Assembly: GCF_023055435.1 (NCBI RefSeq)
Contig: NW_025964383.1
Span: forward strand, 48,732,001-48,796,000
DNA length: 64,000 bases
Source: Haliotis rufescens
Lineage: Eukaryota
Direction of reading: 5' to 3'
A program made the position numbers and the translations under genes. Under the pieces are notes generated by a model. It saw nothing but the letters and a program-made list of their open reading frames with translations, did no database searches and was not told where the DNA came from. The number at the start of each line of letters is the position of its first letter. Within the stretch, counting starts at the first letter, position 1. Shown here piece after piece: positions 26,101-38,462 of this stretch.

Positions 26101-29100
26101 CACCACAAGGACAGTGTAGGTATAGTGCAAGTGCAGAGAGGTGACATATCAGCCAACACACCATCAGGACAGTGTAGGTATAGTGCAAGTGCAGAGAGGT
26201 GACATATCAGCCAACACACCATCAGGACAGTGTAGGTATAGTGCAAGTGCAGAGAGGTGACATATCAGCCAACACACCATCAGGACAGTGTAGGTATAGT
26301 GCAAGTGCAGAGAGGTGACATATCAGCCAACACACCATCAGGACAGTGTAGGTATAGTGCAAGTGCAGAGAGGTGACATATCCGCCAACACACAATCAGG
26401 ACAGTGTAGGTATAGTGCAAGTGCAGAGAGGTGACATATCAGCCAACACACCATCAGGACAGGAAGGGAAAAGTGCAAGTGCAGAGAGGTGACATATCAG
26501 CCAACACACCATCAGGACAGTGTAGGTATAGTGCAAGTGCAGAGAGGTGACATATCAGCCAACACACCATCAGGACAGTGTAGGTATAGTGCAAGTGCAG
26601 AGAGGTGACATATCAGCCAACACACCATCAGGACAGTGTAGGTATAGTGCAAGTGCAGAGAGGTGACATATCAGCCAACACACCATCAGGACAGTGTAGG
26701 TATAGTGCAAGTGCAGATAGGTGACATATCAGCCAACACACCATCAGGACAGTGTAGGTATAGTGCAAGTGCAGAGAGGTGACATAGCCAACACACCATC
26801 AGGACAGTGTAGGTATAGTGCAAGTGCAGAGAGGTGACATATCAGCCAACACACCATCAGGACAGTGTAGGTATAGTGCAAGTGCAGAGAGGTGACATAT
26901 CAGCCAACACACCATCAGGACAATGTAGGTATAGTGCAAGTGCAGAGAGGTGACATATCAGCCAACACACCATCAGGACAGTGTAGGTATAGTGCAAGTG
27001 CAGAGAGGTGACATATCAGCCAACACACCATCAAGACAGTGTAGGTATAGTGCAAGTGCAGAGAGGTGACATATCAGCCAACACACCATCAGGACAGTGT
27101 AGGTATAGTGCAAGTGCAGAGAGGTGACATATCCGCCAACACACAATCAGGACAGTGTAGGTATAGTGCAAGTGCAGAGAGGTGACATATCAGACAACAC
27201 ACCATCAGGACAGGAAGGGAAAAGTGCAAGTGCAGAGAGGTGACATATCAGCCAACACACCATCAGGACAGTGTAGGTATAGTGCAAGTGCAGAGAGGTG
27301 ACATATCAGCCAACACACCATCAGGACAGTGTAGGTATAGTGCAAGTGCAGAGAGGTGACATATCAGCCAACACACCATCAGGACAGTGTAGGTATAGTG
27401 CAAGTGCAGAGAGGTGACATATCAGCCAACACACCATCAGGACAGTGTAGGTATAGTGCAAGTGCAGAGAGGTGACATAGCCAACACACCATCAGGACAG
27501 TGTAGGTATAGTGCAAGTGCAGAGAGGTGACATATCAGCCAACACACCATCAGGACAGTGTAGGTATAGTGCAAGTGCAGAGAGGTGACATATCAGCCAA
27601 CACACCATCAGGACAATGTAGGTATAGTGCAAGTGCAGAGAGGTGACATATCAGCCAACACACCATCAGGACAGTGTAGGTATAGTGCAAGTGCAGAGAG
27701 GTGACATATCAGCCAACACACCATCAGGACAGTGTAGGTATAGTGCAAGTGCAGGGAGGTGACATATCAGCCAACACACCATCAGCACAGTGTAGGTATA
27801 GTGCAAGTGTAGGGAGGTGACATAGCCAACACACAATCAGGACAGTGTAGGTATAGTGCAAGTGCAGAGAGGTGACATATCAGCCAACACACCATCAGGA
27901 CAGGAAGGGAAAAGTGCAAGTGCAGAGAGGTGACATAGCCAACACACCATCAGGACAGTGTAGGTATAGTGCAAGTGCAGATAGGTGACATATCAGCCAA
28001 CACACCATCAGGACAGTGTAGGTATAGTGCAAGTGCAGAGGGGTGACATAGCCAACACACCATCAGGACAGAGTAGGTATAGTGCAAGTGCAGAGAGGTG
28101 ACATAGCCAACACACCATCAGGACAGTGTAGGTATAGTGCAAGTGCAGATAGGTGACATATCAGCCAACACACCATCAGGACAGTGTAGGTATAGTGCAA
28201 GTGCAGAGAGGTGACATATCAGCCAACACACCATCAGGAGAGTGTAGGTATAGTGCAAGTGCAGAGAGGTGACATATCAGCCAACACTCCATCAGGACAG
28301 TGTAGGTATAGTGCAAGTGCAGAGAGGTGACATATCAGCCAACACTCCATCAGGACAGTGTAGGTATAGTGCAAGTGCAGAGAGGTGACATATCAGCCAA
28401 CACACCATCAGGACAGTGTAGGTATGGTGCAAGTGCAGGGAGGTGACATATCAGCCAACACACCATCAGCACAGTGTAGGTATAGTGCAAGTGTAGGGAG
28501 GTGACATAGCCAACACACAATCAGGACAGTGTAGGTATAGTGCAAGTGCAGAGAGGTGACATATCAGCCAACACACCATCAGGACAGGAAGGGAAAAGTG
28601 CAAGTGCAGAGAGGTGACATATCAGCCAACACACCATCAGGACAGAGTAGGTATAGTGCAAGTGCAGAGAGGTGACATATCAGCCAACACACCATCAGGA
28701 CAGTGTAGGTATGGTGCAAGTGCAGGGAGGTGACATATCAGCCAACACACCATCAGCACAGTGTAGGTATAGTGCAAGTGTAGGGAGGTGACATAGCCAA
28801 CACACAATCAGGACAGTGTAGGTATAGTGCAAGTGCAGAGAGGTGACATATCAGCCAACACACCATCAGGACAGGAAGGGAAAAGTGCAAGTGCAGAGAG
28901 GTGACATAGCCAACACACCATCAGGACAGTGTAGGTATAGTGCAAGTGCAGATAGGTGACATATCAGCCAACACACCATCAGGACAGTGTAGGTATAGTG
29001 CAAGTGCAGAGGGGTGACATAGCCAACACACCATCAGGACAGAGTAGGTATAGTGCAAGTGCAGAGAGGTGACATAGCCAACACACCATCAGGACAGAGT

Positions 29101-31661
29101 AGGTATAGTGCAAGTGCAGGGAGGTGACATAGCCAACACACCATCAGGACAGTGTAGGTATAGTGCAAGTGCAGAGAGGTGACATAGCCAACACACCATC
29201 AGGACAGTGTAGGTATGGTGCAAGTGCAGAGAGGTGGCATATCAGCCAACACACCATCAGGACAGTGTAGGTGTAGTGTAAGTGCAGAAAGGTGACATAT
29301 CAGCCAACACACAATCAGGACAGTGTAGGTATAGTGCAAGTGCAGAGAGGTGAGATAGCCAACACACCATCAGGACAGTGTAGGTATAGTGCAAGTGCAG
29401 AGAGGTGACATATCAGCCAACACACCATCAGGACAGTGTAGGTATAGTGCAAGTGCAGAGAGGTGACATATCAGCCAACACACCATCAGGAGAGTGTAGG
29501 TATAGTGCAAGTGCAGAGAGGTGACATAGCCAACACACCATCAGGACAGTGTAGGTATAGTGCAAGTGCAGAGAGGTGACATATCAGCCAACACACCATC
29601 AGGACAGTGTAGGTATAGTGCAAGTGCAGAGAGGTGACATATCAGCCAACACACCATCAGGAGAGTGTAGGTATAGTGCAAGTGCAGAGAGGTGACATAT
29701 CAGCCAACACACCATCAGGACAGTGTAGGTATAGTGCAAGTGCAGAGAGGTGACATATCAGCCAACACACCATCAGGACAGAGTAGGTATAGTGCAAGTG
29801 CAGAGAGGTGACATATCAGCCAACACACCATCAGGACAGTGTAGGTATGGTGCAAGTGCAGGGAGGTGACATATCAGCCAACACACCGTCAGCACAGTGT
29901 AGGTATAGTGCAACTGTAGGGAGGTGACATAGCCAACACACAATCAGGACAGTGTAGGTATAGTGCAAGTGCAGAGAGGTGACATATCAGCCAACACACC
30001 ATCAGGACAGGAAGGGAAAAGTGCAAGTGCAGAGAGGTGACATAGCCAACACACCATCAGGACAGTGTAGGTATAGTGCAAGTGCAGATAGGTGACATAT
30101 CAGCCAACACACCATCAGGACAGTGTAGGTATAGTGCAAGTGCAGAGAGGTGACATATCAGCCAACACACCATCAGGACAGAGTAGGTATAGTGCAAGTG
30201 CAGAGAGGTGACATAGCCAACACACCATCAGGACAGTGTAGGTATAGTGCAAGTGCAGAGAGGTGACATAGCCAACACACCATCAGGACAGTGTAGGTAT
30301 GGTGCAAGTGCAGAGAGGTGGCATATCAGCCAACACACCATCAGGACAGTGTAGGTGTAGTGTAAGTGCAGAAAGGTGACATATCAGCCAACACACCATC
30401 AGGACAGTGTAGGTATAGTGCAAGTGCAGAGAGGTGACATAGCCAACACACCATCAGGACAGTGTAGGTATAGTGCAAGTGCAGAGAGGTGACATATCAG
30501 CCAACACACCATCAGGACAGTGTAGGTATAGTGCAAGTGCAGAGAGGTGACATATCAGCCAACACACCATCAGGAGAGTGTAGGTATAGTGCAAGTGCAG
30601 AGAGGTGACATAGCCAACACACCATCAGGACAGTGTAGGTATAGTGCAAGTGCAGAGAGGTGACATATCAGCCAACACACCATCAGGAGAGTGTAGGTAT
30701 AGTGCAAGTGCAGAGAGGTGACATATCAGCCAACACACCATCAGGACAGTGTAGGTATAGTGCAAGTGCAGAGAGGTGACATATCAGCCAACACACCATC
30801 AGGACAGTGTAGGTATAGTGCAAGTGCAGAGAGGTGACATATCAGCCAACACACCATCAGGACAGTGTAGGTATAGTGCAAGTGCAGAGAGGTGACATAT
30901 CAGCCAACCCACCATCAGGACAGTGTAGGTATAGTGCAAGTGCAGAGAGGTGACATATCAGCCAACACACCATCAGGACAGTGTAGGTATGGTGCAAGTG
31001 CAGGGAGGTGACATATCAGCCAACACACCATCAGCACAGTGTAGGTATAGTGCAAGTGCAGAGAGGTGACATAGCCAACACACAATCAGGACAGTGTAGG
31101 TATAGTGCAAGTGCAGAGAGGTGACATATCAGCCAACACACCATCAGGACAGGAAGGGAAAAGTGCAAGTGCAGAGAGGTGACATATCAGCCAACACACC
31201 ATCAGGACAGTGTAGGTATAGTGCAAGTGCAGAGAGGTGACATATCAGCCAACACACCATCAGGACAGTGTAGGTATAGTGCAAGTGCAGAGAGGTGACA
31301 TATCAGCCAACACACCATCAGGACAGTGTAGGTATAGTGCAAGTGCAGAGAGGTGACATATCAGCCAACACACCATCAGGACAGGAAGGGAAAAGTGCAA
31401 GTGCAGAGAGGTGACATATCAGCCAACACACCATCAGGACAATGTAGGTATAGTGCAAGTGCAGAGAGGTGACATATCAGCCAACACACCATCAGGACAG
31501 TGTAGGTATAGTGCAAGTGCAGAGAGGTGACATATCCGCCAACACACCATCAGGACAGTGTAGGTATAGTGCAAGTGCAGAGAGGTGACATATCAGCCAA
31601 CACACCATCAGGAGAGTGTAGGTATAGTGCAAGTGCAGAGAGGTGACATAGCCAACACACC
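26101..31661. repeat. 58-bp satellite in gene B intron 3
   Basis: Unit CAGGACAGTGTAGGTATAGTGCAAGTGCAGAGAGGTGACATATCAGCCAACACACCAT; 55-bp deletion variant and GGAAGGGAAAA variant; about 97 units. Confidence 0.98.
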
Positions 31662-31851
31662 TATGATAACAACAGCAGAAAGCAAGACAACGGGACCGGA
31701 AGCGAGGTATAACACACTTCCGCGTATCGTTGATTCTACACTTGATGAGACACGGAAAGTTGCGGGACATACGCAAACCAAGCAGCTTAATTCCCTTATC
31801 TACCGACTTTGCTTGTCAACGAATATGAAAGGCGAATACTGGATTCTCTGG

Positions 31852-33980
31852 TCCATCACGTGGTTGTCTGGTTTGTTTGGGGGCGGCGTCAGGCAACACA
31901 CAAACTCTTACATTTTTATACAAATTGTGTGAGTGGCGCATGGAACCGGCGGGGCAGGAACCTTGTCGTGGGCACCTGGTGTCATCACTGATTGTTAGTG
32001 CCCCATTCATACACAATGCACGTGCTACCGGCGGGGCGGGAACCTTGTCGTGGGCACCGGGTGTCATCACTGATTGTTAGTGCCCCATTCATACACAATG
32101 TACGTGCTACCGGCGGGGCGGGAACCTTATCGTGGGCACCGGGTGTCATCACTGATTGTTAGTGCCCCATTCATACACAATGTACGTGCTACCGGCGGGG
32201 CAGGAACCTTGTCGTGGGCACCTGGTGTCATCACTGATTGTTAGTGCCCCCTTCATACACAATGTACGTGCTACCGGCGGGGCGGGAACCTTGTCGTGGG
32301 CACCGGGTGTCATCACTGATTGTTAGTGCCCCCTTCATACACAATGTACGTGCTACCGGCGGGGCGGGAACCTTGTCGTGGGCACCGGGTGTCATCACTG
32401 ATTGTTAGTGCCCCCTTCATACACAATGTACGTGCTACCGGCGGGGCGGGAACCTTGTCGTGGGCACCGGGTGTCATCACTGATTGTTAGTGCCCCATTC
32501 ATACACAATGTACGTGCTACCGGCGGGGCGGGAACCTTGTCGTGGGCACCGGGTGTCATCACTGATTGTTAGTGCCCCATTCATACACAATGTACGTGCT
32601 ACCGGCGGGGCGGGAACCTTGTCGTGGGCACCGGGTGTCATCACTGATTGTTAGTGCCCCATTCATACACAATGTACGTGCTACCGGCAGGGCGGGAACC
32701 TTGTCGTGGGCACCGGGTGTCATCACTGATTGTTAGTGCCCCATTCATACACAATGTACGTGCTACCGGCGGGGCGGGAACCTTGTCGTGGGCACCGGGT
32801 GTCATCACTGATTGTTAGTGCCCCATTCATACACAATGTACGTGCTACCGGCGGGGCGGGAACCTTGTCGTGGGCACCGGGTGTCATCACTGATTGTTAG
32901 TGCCCCATTCATACACAATGTACGTGCTACCGGCGGGGCGGGAACCTTGTCGTGGGCACCGGGTGTCATCACTGATTGTTAGTGCCCCCTTCATACACAA
33001 TGTACGTGCTACCGGCGGGGCGGGAACCTTATCGTGGGCACCGGGTGTCATCACTTTAATGTTAGTGCCCCATTCATACACAATGTACGTGCTACCGGCG
33101 GGGCGGGAACCTTGTCGTGGGCACCTGGTGTCATCACTGATTGTTAGTGCCCCCTTCATACACAATGTACGTGCTACCGGCGGGGCGGGAACCTTATCGT
33201 GGGCACCGGGTGTCATCACTTTAATGTTAGTGCCCCATTCATACACAATGTACGTGCTACCGGCGGGGCGGGAACCTTGTCGTGGGCACCGGGTGTCATC
33301 ACTGATTGTTAGTGCCCCATTCATACACAATGCACGTGCTACCGGCGGGGCGGGAACCTTGTCGTGGGCACCGGGTGTCATCACTGATTGTTAGTGCCCC
33401 ATTCATACACAATGTACGTGCTACCGGCGGGGCAGGAACCTTGTCGTGGGCACCTGGTGTCATCACTGATTGTTAGTGCCCCATTCATACACAATGCACG
33501 TGCTACCGGCGGGGCGGGAACCTTGTCGTGGGCACCGGGTGTCATCACTGATTGTTAGTGCCCCATTCATACACAATGTACGTGCTACCGGCGGGGCGGG
33601 AACCTTGTCGTGGGCACCGGGCGTCATCACTGATTGTTAGTGCCCCATTCATACACAATGTACGTGCTACCGGCGGGGCAGGAACCTTGTCGTGGGCACC
33701 GGGTGTCATCACTGATTGTTAGTGCCCCATTCATACACAATGTACGTGCTACCGGCGGGGCGGGAACCTTGTCGTGGGCACCGGGTGTCATCACTGATTG
33801 TTAGTGCCCCATTCATACACAATGTACGTGCTACCGGCGGGGCGGGAACCTTGTCGTGGGCACCGGGTGTCATCACTGATTGTTAGTGCCCCATTCATAC
33901 ACAATGTACGTGCTACCGCTAGTTTGCCGTTTGTTCCCAATGGAATCTGTTTCGATGGATAATCAAGAAAACATTCAGGT
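31852..33980 (+). mobile_element. Dispersed repeat (family C composite) hosting the 82-bp satellite
   Basis: Both flanks of the array align with single-unit copies at 38848-39003 (+) and 40771-41010 (-). Confidence 0.7.
31946..33918. repeat. 82-bp GC-rich satellite, about 24 copies
   Basis: Unit ACCGGCGGGGCGGGAACCTTGTCGTGGGCACCGGGTGTCATCACTGATTGTTAGTGCCCCATTCATACACAATGTACGTGCT. Confidence 0.98.
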
Positions 33981-34105
33981 CGATTTAAATCAATTATGTT
34001 CCAAATACCATTCCTTTCATGGATATGTCCTTCATGTATGTCAATATGTAGCTAGATCTTTTGAAGTAAATGGACTTCCAAAGATTATTTTCTTTCTTCT
34101 TACAG

Positions 34106-34135
34106 ACACAGAAAAGCAAGAAGAGGACAAACAAG
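34106..34135 (+). CDS. Gene B exon 4: basic juxtamembrane segment
   Basis: Strong acceptor TTTTCTTTCTTCTTACAG; HRKARRGQT; donor GTAAAA 34136; phase 2-2. Confidence 0.72.
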
Positions 34136-34479
34136 GTAAAACCAGAACACGGTGAACATTTCATCACCGTCAACGAGTACATGTTCATGAATGATGTGTT
34201 CAGTGGTAAATACATACAGAGGGTTGAGTGAATGGCATTACGCATCAGGAAGCAGTCATCGAGCTCAGAGTCTCTATAGGCATTCAGAAGTTGGTTGTAA
34301 ACATCACATGGAGATTTAATGTTGATAACAACTTCTTTATTATTCTTATCATGGTTAACTATTGCAAATGCAAGTAATTAATATATGTACATTTACTATG
34401 CTTGAAAAGGATCAATTATCTTTTGATTGTTTGTTTAAATGCCATCAACTACTTATGTGTGTTTTCTGTCATTTTGCAG

Positions 34480-34487
34480 TTCGGCTG
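34480..34487 (+). CDS. Gene B exon 5: 8-nt microexon (TTCGGCTG)
   Basis: Acceptor GTTTTCTGTCATTTTGCAG and donor GTGAGT flank 8 nt that convert phase 2 to phase 1, as needed to reach the ankyrin exon. Confidence 0.62.
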
Positions 34488-35084
34488 GTGAGTGCTCAAA
34501 CGTCACTTTGAAAATATACAGCCGTCGTATTGAAAAGTTATAGCAGTAGGTATTGGTCCTCAGCAACTGGTGACCGGGTAAGAAATTACAGTGGTATGCA
34601 CACAGCATTACAATGCGAGGACATTTTTCACATTAGAAAGAAGGTAAGCTCAGCTGTGTCGCCTACAGTGAATTTAACTACATCAGCAATGTCGCGGAAA
34701 TCATCTTATTATGGCCATCGTCCAAAATATGTTAATAACTATCAATCGTATCAATCAAATGTATCAGGGCTTACAATTATTTACCATGTCAGGGAAGCAT
34801 GGCGACAACCACAGTATTGTATGGATGATATTTAGAAATAGCTTTGCAGCATGGACTCCATCAATTATCTAGTTGCATGTCTGAGACGTGACATAATTGG
34901 CGGGTTTCGTGGGTAAACGTCTCAGCCTGCATCACACAAGGCTTTCCTCCAACTTGTGACAAAGACTCACCTTTATTGTTAGCCAAATTGGCCAGTATTT
35001 AGGTCATTAGAGTTTAGTACTGTAGACAAAATAATTTATATATGATGTAAATTCATGCAGATACCTTTAACGTCTCATTCACAG

Positions 35085-35120
35085 ATGGACCCGTCCCTGA
35101 CGGAGAGACTTTACTTCCAG
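35085..35120 (+). CDS. Gene B exon 6: 36-nt linker exon
   Basis: Acceptor TCTCATTCACAG; DGPVPDGETLLP-G; donor CAG|GTAAGT; phase 1-1. Confidence 0.75.
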
Positions 35121-35519
35121 GTAAGTTTAGACACATCTACATAAACCAGACAGTTTTGCTGAAGTAAGCACTTTCTATAATGAACTCCTACATTGGATTA
35201 CATGACTAGCTCGCTGTCATTCTCATATAAAGGATCTCCTCTGGTCATTAAAAGGAGAGAGGTGTAAATTGATAGCTGCAATACTATTCCTTTACACCAT
35301 TAAAAGTATATCATCAAATTGCGAACTTAAAAACGAAGAGAACCCCTCCGAAGGTATATGGATCAGAGTTAAATGTATTACAACTACATTATGTTTTATC
35401 AAATATGATAGTCATTGTATCAGATTAAGATACCTTTTTCAACGTAGTCCAGTACTAAAATAATATTTGAATACTGACAGTAAATGTCTTTGTCGACAAA
35501 TAAAACGACCAATGACATG

Positions 35520-35740
35520 ATCGTGCTCACCTTTTCGTGAAGACCTGGTGTCATCACTATTTGATGGAGATTAACACATTCACGCTCATGATGTACGGAA
35601 GTGTAAAATCGATCTCTTATGATAATGGAAAGGACATCGCCGGTTATATTTTATGAATCGCTAACAAATTGTGATGATGCCAGGACCTGGTGTCCGCGAA
35701 CAGGTGCGCCCATCCTGTCTCACCGCGGTGCCCGTCACAA
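35520..35740. mobile_element. Family C element with two inverted arms (MITE-like)
   Basis: GCTCACCTTTTCGTGAAGACCTGGTGTCATCACTATTT is inverted relative to AAATTGTGATGATGCCAGG...CCGCGAACAGGTGCGC. Confidence 0.55.
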
Positions 35741-36052
35741 ACACATGCAACACCAAGTCAATTGTTCACGGGCACACGGGAACTTATGGTACACGTCAAG
35801 AGAGGGATTTGTATCGGAACTGATTTTTATCACAAATGCACCAGTTATTATTGTGATGAAGTTTGAAATTAGTAACAATAAGTTGACATTCATTCCCAAG
35901 TATTTTCTGCTGAACGTAAGCCATGTTCGTGTATTATCTTGTAGAAACATGCAAAGACTTGTAAACTGTGGGAGAGTTCAGGTACTCGTCATACGATCGA
36001 AATTTTATTTCATATTAAAAATTTAATTAAAATAACCATGTTTCGTCACCAG

Positions 36053-36636
36053 GAGAACAATGCAGTATGGACACCAGGCTGAGTAGTGCTTGTCATAAGG
36101 GAGATCTAAGCCTGGTTAAACAGATGTTATCTGAGAGCCCCGAGGACATCAACAAGCGCGGCCAGTGCGGGAGGACATCCGTGATGGCGGCAGTGTACCG
36201 AGGACATACACACATAGTGAAGTTACTTGTGAGTCGTGGAGGCGACCTGTCCCTCGTTGATGATAATGGCGACAACATCCTTCACTTGGCGTGTGGTGGA
36301 GGCCATGAGAGCACGGTGAGGTATCTCCTGTCACAGGACGTTCCAGACATCAACAGCAGAGGCCAGAAGGGAAAGACTCCCGTCATGACGGCAGCCTACA
36401 TCGGGTATAAAGAAATGTTTGACTTACTTGTTTTAAAAGGCGCTGATGTGTCACTCGTGGACAATGACGGCAATAACATCCTCCACCATGCTTGTAAGGG
36501 CGGGGATGTACAGATAGTGAAGTATGTCCTCTCGCAGGACAAGGTGAACATCAGCACAAAGAACAATGCTGGGCAAACAGCAGCCATGATAGCGAAACAC
36601 CACGGCCATAATTCACTGTGCAGTCTTCTGTTATGA
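36053..36636 (+). CDS. Gene B exon 7: cytoplasmic ankyrin-repeat domain (about 6 repeats), stop
   Basis: Acceptor CGTCACCAG, phase 1; GRTSVMAA, GDNILHLAC, GKTPVMTAA, GNNILHHAC, GQTAAMIA ankyrin motifs; AATAAA near 36986. Joined CDS 1146 nt = 381 aa. Confidence 0.93.
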
Positions 36637-37366
36637 GCCGGTCACGTGGGCGACTTGAGTATGATGCTGTATCGGACATTCTAGACATGGTGTATACAAC
36701 AGTGCAATACAACAGTGCAATACAACGATGTACAACAACATACACGTCATTGTTATACATGTGTGCATCCGAGTAGAACACAGACAGGTCTCACATGACA
36801 CAGGGAAAAAGGACAGCTGATTTCTGCCGATTTGAATCATGCATTTCCAGAACCAATTGTGGTTCACTTTATTCTACGAATACTCATTACCCCAAATTAC
36901 AAATATTGAACATTTGGGGGATTTATAAAATCGGGAAATACAATGTTGAAGAAATGTTTAGACACCCTATCTAATAATAACAACGAATAAATCGATTTTT
37001 TAATATTTCTTTTCATCTTTCATCTTTTCATCGCAAGTCGCCCTTAACAATTGTATTTATTGATGTTTCCCAGACATGTGTTTTGCTTAATAAATCGGGA
37101 TCAAGTTTTATTTTAAATTTGAATGCGGTTGTGTCTCAGAAGACGGTATTATATCTGCTAATGTCTGCAAAACTTCCTAAATTCCATTTAATATTTCTCA
37201 ATTCAGGGAATCATTAATTAAGATTTAAGTCGGTACAGTTCAGTCATAGTGTGATTTTGTGAGGGAGGCTTGTTTGTGGCTGAGCACATGACAAATAAAG
37301 AATACAAAACTTGGCGTTTTCTCGTTTGTGTGACATTTACTATCTAATGCAAAACTCGTTCTATTG

Positions 37367-37505
37367 GGATCCATCGTACCCCGACATGTGGATCGTTGTT
37401 CATAATATCAATCACTGGTTTGTCTGGTCCAGACTCGATTAATTACAGGCGGACGTCATACAGGTGAAATGTTGCCTTTGCGCCAAAAGAAAGTCAAACA
37501 AACAA
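37367..37505 (+). mobile_element. SINE-like family B, 3' part
   Basis: GGATCGTTGTTCATAATATCAATCACTGGTTTGTCTGGTCCAGACTCGATT...CAAACAAACA. Confidence 0.7.
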
Positions 37506-38338
37506 GGAAAGCAAAATAGAAAGAAGCTTTCATATACACATGATTAAACACAGAGTAAGCTATGAGCCTTTATGTAACTAGAATATTGCGTCTGAAATCG
37601 TCATGTCCAATTATTGTACCCCTTGATGTTTCAGTTCAATCTTAATATCAGTTATACTTATCTGTTTGTATACGTAGCTATACGGACATTCTGATTGACA
37701 CCCATCATGCCTTATCCATATGTGCGCAATGGTTTCATGAGTTTTTCGGGGTAAAAACACCCGAGAAAAATGTTCATGAAAAGATCAACTGAAACTTCAG
37801 ACAATGTTTGTTGATATTTATTATCAGTAAATGACAACAGTTATCACAGGCGCCTCTTGAAACATGTCAAAATATCGGGCGTCAAAAACGGAACTAACTT
37901 GAACGATATTATACAATCAGAACACTGCTGACATGTTGAGGGAAAGGATCGGTCAAATCCTACTTATAGAGTTGTCTCCCCTCGTGCTCTGTGCCCTTGG
38001 GAGACAATAAGGTTTGTGGTTCTGCCACCTTCCGTCATCTTTATTAGTTTGGTATGGAAATAGAAATAGAAACAAGATTGGCCGGATGACAAATATTTCC
38101 CGTATCCCGATATTTATGGAAAGAAATGATAAGAGGCGTATATTTACAGCATCCCACTGAATATGAATATTTGTGGACTTCTCTTTCTTCGCTGACATTC
38201 CATTCACAGGTACGTGGGTGTGTTTTACTCAATATGATATTGTCCAACCTCACAAACACTAACGTCTGTTCCTATAAATTTGCAAAGCTCTTGGGAATCC
38301 ACATGTAACATGGCATAACACGGGTCCTTGACAGATCA

Positions 38339-38462
38339 CGCCGAAGACCCGGGTTCCATTCCCGACATGGGTACAATGTGTGAAGCCCATTTCTGGTGTC
38401 CCCCGCCGTGAAATTGCTGGAATATTGCTAAAAGCGGCGTAAAATCAAACTCACTCACTCAC
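38339..38462 (+). mobile_element. 5'-truncated tRNA-derived SINE (family A)
   Basis: B-box-like GGTTCCATTCC, (ACTC)n tail, TSD TCCTT(G/A)ACAGATCA at 38325-38338 and 38463-38476. Confidence 0.88.

Noticed and set aside
26101-33918. CRISPR-like regular arrays
   Set aside because: Units are head-to-tail with no unique spacers, there are no cas genes, and the context is eukaryotic.
23596-36636. Calling gene B Notch, or genes A/C MEGF10 or SCARF1 orthologues
   Set aside because: No LNR/NOD/RAM/PEST, no EMI domain or NPxY visible; orthology cannot be judged by eye, so no symbols were assigned.
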